In this document: positions 60,395 through 64,000 of the stretch, one piece after another | Layout of the letters: every line of letters starts with the position of its first letter | Position numbering within the stretch: the first letter of the stretch is position 1 | DNA from: an uncultured Candidatus Saccharibacteria bacterium | GTDB taxonomy: Bacteria > Patescibacteriota > Minisyncoccia > Phycocordibacterales > PALSA-1337 | Reading direction: 5' to 3' | DNA length: 64,000 nucleotides | NCBI GenBank assembly: GCA_964403205.1 | Contig: CAYOER010000001.1 | Location: 14,037 to 78,036 of the forward strand | Program-made: the position numbers and the translations under genes | The notes under the pieces: model-generated | What the model saw: the letters and a program-made list of their open reading frames with translations, nothing else | Databases searched by the model: none | What the model was told of the DNA's origin: nothing

Positions 60395-60964
60395 CTAATA
60401 CTTACGAATCACTCCTTTTACAACAGCAGCGATATTTAATTCGTATTCTGGATATATTGGTTTATACTTTTTATTTGCAGGCTCTAGAAAAATAGATTTA
60501 TCAGACTTTTTTCTCAAGAATTTCATTGTCCATCCCCCATCAACCTGAGCTATGACTATATCACCGTCTTTTGGATCCTTTGTCCTCTCTACAACAACAA
60601 GATCTCCCTCTCTAATTCCCTCTTCTATCATTGAATCTCCCCTTACCTCAAGTATGAAAGTTTTAGAAGCATCTCTTATAAGATAATCATCGAAACTCAT
60701 AGTATCTAGAAGTTCTTCCTCAGCCACTGTTGGTAGTCCAGCTTCTACCAATCCTAGAAATGGGGTCTCACTTCTTAATTTCTTTGGTATGAGTCTACCC
60801 TGAGAATCTTTTGATAATACATTCTCCGCAACCAGCTTGTTCACAAGCTTATATACCGCATTTTTTGATTTGAATCCGAGTAAATTCATAATCTCTTGAT
60901 AACTCGGCATTCTCCTCTTATCGGTATAGAAAGAAACAATTTTTTGCTTATAGTTATTATTCAT
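60395..60964 (-). CDS. lexA: LexA-family repressor
   Basis: wHTH MPSYQEI, Ala-Gly cleavage site VEAG, GDSM (Ser) and TMK (Lys). Confidence 0.88.
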   Translation of the reverse strand: MNNNYKQKIVSFYTDKRRMPSYQEIMNLLGFKSKNAVYKLVNKLVAENVLSKDSQGRLIPKKLRSETPFLGLVEAGLPTVAEEELLDTMSFDDYLIRDASKTFILEVRGDSMIEEGIREGDLVVVERTKDPKDGDIVIAQVDGGWTMKFLRKKSDKSIFLEPANKKYKPIYPEYELNIAAVVKGVIRKY

Positions 60965-60971
60965 TTGATAA

Positions 60972-61256
60972 TTAGAAAATAAATGTAGTTACGTATCGAC
61001 CAAGCATTCCGAAGAAGCTAAAGAGATTCTTATCCGATGTTTTCACTGGAGCTTTTGTAGCTAATACCGGAACAGGTTTCGGAGTCTTCACATATGAATA
61101 TTGCTTCATGGCTAGAGAATTGAGCTCTGATATTAGGAATTTATGTCGACGGGAAAGGTCTTTATATGAAATGCCTTTTATAATTCTCATATCAATAAGT
61201 GTATTGATATTTTTTATTTCCTTCATAATCTCTTTTTTTAAGGTGTATTTATTCAT
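60972..61256 (-). CDS. Hypothetical protein co-transcribed upstream of lexA
   Basis: 94-aa ORF ending 7 bp before lexA, downstream of the SOS-box promoter. Confidence 0.6.
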   Translation of the reverse strand: MNKYTLKKEIMKEIKNINTLIDMRIIKGISYKDLSRRHKFLISELNSLAMKQYSYVKTPKPVPVLATKAPVKTSDKNLFSFFGMLGRYVTTFIF

Positions 61257-61309
61257 ATTTTTATTTTAATTAATTAATAATTTATTATTGATAATTTATT
61301 TATAGATAC

Positions 61310-61338
61310 ATTATAGGTGAACGACTGTTCACCGTCAA
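61310..61338 (-). promoter_or_regulatory. Sigma70 promoter with a LexA-type operator GAAC-N4-GTTC in the spacer
   Basis: Minus strand TTGACG-gtgaacagtcgttcacc-TATAAT; palindrome GGTGAAC-gact-GTTCACC. Confidence 0.8.
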
Positions 61339-61407
61339 TAAAAAGTGGGGATAACTTAATAATAATAGAAAAAGAGCCATAATGGCTCTCTTGAGATGAA
61401 GGAATTG

Positions 61408-61749
61408 TCATGGTAGGCTATCCATCCATGTACTTTCCTTTGGATCTGGTCTACTCCATATAAGTATAAGTATGAGAATATAAATAAATCCCATAAAGAC
61501 TTGGACAGCTCCCATAAAGTATATACCAAGGCTGATAAGGATTAGTTCCTGCCAGAGACTGTTTGGCTCGAGTAAATATCTGACAGAGATATAGATGCTA
61601 GTAGGGGTCATGCAGATAATGAACCAGAGAAGTGTGGCCAATGGCCTACGATTATGAATCCAGGATAGGATATTACGTATAACAAGCCAGATACCGAGAG
61701 ATTTCACTTCTTCCACTTCCTCGACTTCACTTGCCTCTTGAGTTTTCAC
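61408..61749 (-). CDS. Hypothetical membrane protein
   Basis: GTG start after CAAACAAAAAGGA; two hydrophobic segments; own promoter (TTGACT-N17-TAATAT) and hairpin at 61373-61389. Confidence 0.55.
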   Translation of the reverse strand: MKTQEASEVEEVEEVKSLGIWLVIRNILSWIHNRRPLATLLWFIICMTPTSIYISVRYLLEPNSLWQELILISLGIYFMGAVQVFMGFIYILILILIWSRPDPKESTWMDSLP

Positions 61750-61817
61750 TTGATTCCTTTTTGTTTGAGGTGCTGATTTATGATGATATTAGCACTATGA
61801 ATTTGTAGAGTCAATAA

Positions 61818-62003
61818 TTATCTATTAATTGAAAAACCTATCTTTCCTTTTGGCTTATTTGGCCTCTCTATAAGTTGCTTAACTACTGCATGGATATTAG
61901 ATAATGGTAAATAACGACTACCACCATGTTTTGGTCTTGCAATTTGCAATATCAAAGTATCTAGATCATTTTTTGTGAGTTGAAATATAAAATCACTAAT
62001 AAA
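61818..62003 (-). pseudogene. Remnant of an ORF6N-domain gene (no start, internal deletion)
   Basis: Translates to FISDFIFQLTKNDLDTLILQIARPKHGGSRYLP joined directly to ..VKQLIERPNKPKGKIGF. Confidence 0.6.
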
Positions 62004-62031
62004 TCAATATTGTGGATAACTTGCTACACTT

Positions 62032-62056
62032 TTCGGTTTCTATTCGGTTATAATAT
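62032..62056 (+). promoter_or_regulatory. Direct-repeat operator TTCGG-N6-TTCGG next to the -10 box of the lexA-dcm fusion
   Basis: TTCGGtttctaTTCGG immediately before TATAAT; ATG follows within a few nt. Confidence 0.6.
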
Positions 62057-62061
62057 TACTA

Positions 62062-63633
62062 ATGTTAAATTTAACTAAGAAACAAAAAGTGGTCTTCGAT
62101 TTCATAAATAACTATATTTCAGAAAATGGTATATCTCCTACTATTGAAGAAATAAGAAGGCAGTTAAAATTAAAGGCAGTTTCCACTATTCATGAGCATA
62201 TAAAGACTCTTACAAAAAAAGGATACCTTTTAAAATCTGATAATTCAGCACGAGGTATACATAGCAAAGAAAGCTTAGACACAGTAGTAGAAATTCCGAT
62301 ATTAGGCAGAATATCTGCTGGTCAGCCTATAGAAGCTGTTGAGGAAATACAAGGTTATGCTTCATTGACAAATACAAATATTAAAAGTCCTCAAGGCTAT
62401 TATGCTTTACGTGTTATTGGAGATAGCATGATCGATGAAGGAATCTTTGATGGTGATCTTGTAATAATCAAGAAACAATCAGTTGCTGAAAATGGGCAAA
62501 CTGTAGTTGCTATAATTGATGAAAACGAAGCAACATTAAAGAAAATATATAGGGAAAATAGTGGATTCCGCTTACAACCAGCAAATCAAACCCTGCTTCC
62601 GCTTTTTAGAAAAGAAGTAGAGATACGTGGAGTTGTAGTACAAATAATAAGAAATATTAATAAGACTAGTAGTTTAGATACAGTAACTAAGAATGAATTA
62701 CATACTATTGATCTTTTTGCTGGAGTAGGTGGTATCAGGCTAGGATTTGAAAAAGCTGGATTTAAAACAGTCTTTGCTAATGATTTTGAAGCGAAATGTA
62801 AAGACACTTATGATATGAACTTTAAAGACTCTAAACTAGTAGTAGAAGATATAAGAAAAATAGGTATCGATGATCTTCCAGAATTTGATTTTCTATTGGG
62901 TGGATTTCCTTGTCAGGCTTTCTCTATTGCTGGATATAGAGAGGGTTTCAAGGACAGAAAAGATAGAGGGAATCTGTTTTTTGATGTGGCAAAGATAATA
63001 GAAGAGAGGAAACCTAAGGGTTTCTTATTGGAGAATGTAAAAAATCTCAGAAGTCATGATGGGGGTAGGACATTTGAAATAATAGAAAATACTCTAAAAA
63101 ATCTAGGTTATCATATAAAATCAAAAGTACTTAATAGCATGGAGTATGGGAATATACCCCAAAATAGAGAGCGTATTTATATTGTAGGATTCCGAGATAA
63201 AAATCATTATGATAATTTTAATTTTCCAGAGTCAATTAAATTAACAAAAAAGATTACTGATCTGCTAGAAGATGATGTACCAGAAAAATATTACTATAAT
63301 GGAAAGCCTCTATATAAAAAATTATATGGTGTTATTAAAGATGAAGGAAAAGTATATCAATGGAGAAGACAGTATGTTAGAGAAAATAAAAAAGGAGTAT
63401 GCCCAACTCTCACAGCTAATATGGGTACGGGTGGCCATAATATACCGATAATAAAAGATAAAAAAGGTATAAGAAAATTAACCCCCTTAGAGTGTGCAAG
63501 AATACAAGGGTTTCCTAATGATTTTAAATTACCAAATATTTCAGATTCAGCATTGTATAAACAATTTGGAAATTCTGTTAGTGTGCCCGTAATTGAAGCA
63601 ATAGCTAGGCAGATATTGAAAGCAATAAATTAA
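62062..63633 (+). CDS. LexA repressor fused to a C5-cytosine DNA methyltransferase
   Basis: Residues ~1-200 are a full LexA (SPTIEEI, ISAG, GDSM, ATLK); then DLFAGVGG, GGFPCQ, LENV, QNRERIY, YKQFGNSV. Confidence 0.92.
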   Translation: MLNLTKKQKVVFDFINNYISENGISPTIEEIRRQLKLKAVSTIHEHIKTLTKKGYLLKSDNSARGIHSKESLDTVVEIPILGRISAGQPIEAVEEIQGYASLTNTNIKSPQGYYALRVIGDSMIDEGIFDGDLVIIKKQSVAENGQTVVAIIDENEATLKKIYRENSGFRLQPANQTLLPLFRKEVEIRGVVVQIIRNINKTSSLDTVTKNELHTIDLFAGVGGIRLGFEKAGFKTVFANDFEAKCKDTYDMNFKDSKLVVEDIRKIGIDDLPEFDFLLGGFPCQAFSIAGYREGFKDRKDRGNLFFDVAKIIEERKPKGFLLENVKNLRSHDGGRTFEIIENTLKNLGYHIKSKVLNSMEYGNIPQNRERIYIVGFRDKNHYDNFNFPESIKLTKKITDLLEDDVPEKYYYNGKPLYKKLYGVIKDEGKVYQWRRQYVRENKKGVCPTLTANMGTGGHNIPIIKDKKGIRKLTPLECARIQGFPNDFKLPNISDSALYKQFGNSVSVPVIEAIARQILKAIN

Positions 63634-64000
63634 AGCTTGCTTATTAATTTTTTCCAATCGTCATCTAAATTATGTAAATATTTTACAGATTTAACATATC
63701 TATACCCGTTACTAAATTTTTGACCAGGTATTGCTTTAACTTTTTCTAATTCTTCTGCATATGCAAAACCACAAATCCAAACTGGTATTTCCTCTAATTT
63801 ACCAATTTTTTTGAAATTTTTATTATCATCAATAAATTTTCTAACCTTTCCAAAAAAAGAATGGTCTCTTAATATTCTAAAAAGATGATCACTTGGTAAA
63901 CCCACTCGCGCAAATATATAAATATCACTCCTCCTTTCTTTTAGGTCTAATTCATTTGAACCCAATACAAGAAAAGCATTCTTCATTTTACTTGCTTTAA
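63630..64000 (-). CDS. Probable type II restriction endonuclease, C-terminal part (5' end beyond the window)
   Basis: Frame is open to the window edge (..KASKMKNAFL); convergent with and overlapping the MTase stop. Confidence 0.55.
   Translation of the reverse strand, partial: KASKMKNAFLVLGSNELDLKERRSDIYIFARVGLPSDHLFRILRDHSFFGKVRKFIDDNKNFKKIGKLEEIPVWICGFAYAEELEKVKAIPGQKFSNGYRYVKSVKYLHNLDDDWKKLISKL

Noticed and set aside
2016-61389. Hairpins after orphan genes as integron attC sites
   Set aside because: They share no sequence, lack RYYYAAC/GTTRRRY ends, look like ordinary terminators, and no integrase is present.
62011-62020. Perfect DnaA box (TGTGGATAA) and near-matches at 24921 and about 61345
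   Set aside because: Isolated boxes without a cluster, unwinding element or dnaA gene do not support an origin call.
1-64000. tRNA, rRNA, tmRNA or prophage
   Set aside because: No cloverleaf/T-loop signatures in the intergenic gaps and no phage structural or integrase genes were recognised by eye; a covariance-model scan would be needed to exclude small RNAs.

Overview
AT-rich bacterial chromosome segment using the standard genetic code, with TAA, TAG and TGA all used as stops. It is most consistent with a Patescibacteria/CPR (Parcubacteria-like) genome; this is inferred from the short GAD-less AspRS, short TruB, CorA lacking GMN, the IARCES-type SLT protein, the Memo-CapA fusion, many pilin-like proteins and the absence of biosynthetic genes. 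The housekeeping backbone (yqeY, rmuC, rplU, recR, intein-containing dnaB, cysS, corA, ctpA, rplI, rpmA, gltX, murG, ftsW, scpAB, aspS, pil genes, typA, truB, hisS, lexA) appears largely leaderless. It is interrupted by accessory modules: (1) a candidate signal-synthase/receptor cassette (kinase-less 7TM receptor, SAM methyltransferase, LuxI/FeeM-like acyltransferase, 7TM histidine kinase, ABC exporter); (2) an atcJABC-like J-domain operon behind an inactivated IS1595 element with TIRs and an 8-bp TSD; (3) a LexA-C5 DNA methyltransferase fusion facing a probable restriction endonuclease, plus a second LexA with a different operator; (4) a membrane bPH_2-Schlafen/AlbA_2 fusion; (5) a fused MNT-HEPN toxin-antitoxin; (6) a seven-gene glycan-modification island; (7) a uORF attenuator in front of an ABC exporter; and (8) several GC-richer single-gene cassettes with their own promoter, SD and terminator, two of which look Verrucomicrobia-like. 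No rRNA, tRNA or CRISPR array was seen. All family assignments come from motif recognition by eye, not database searches.
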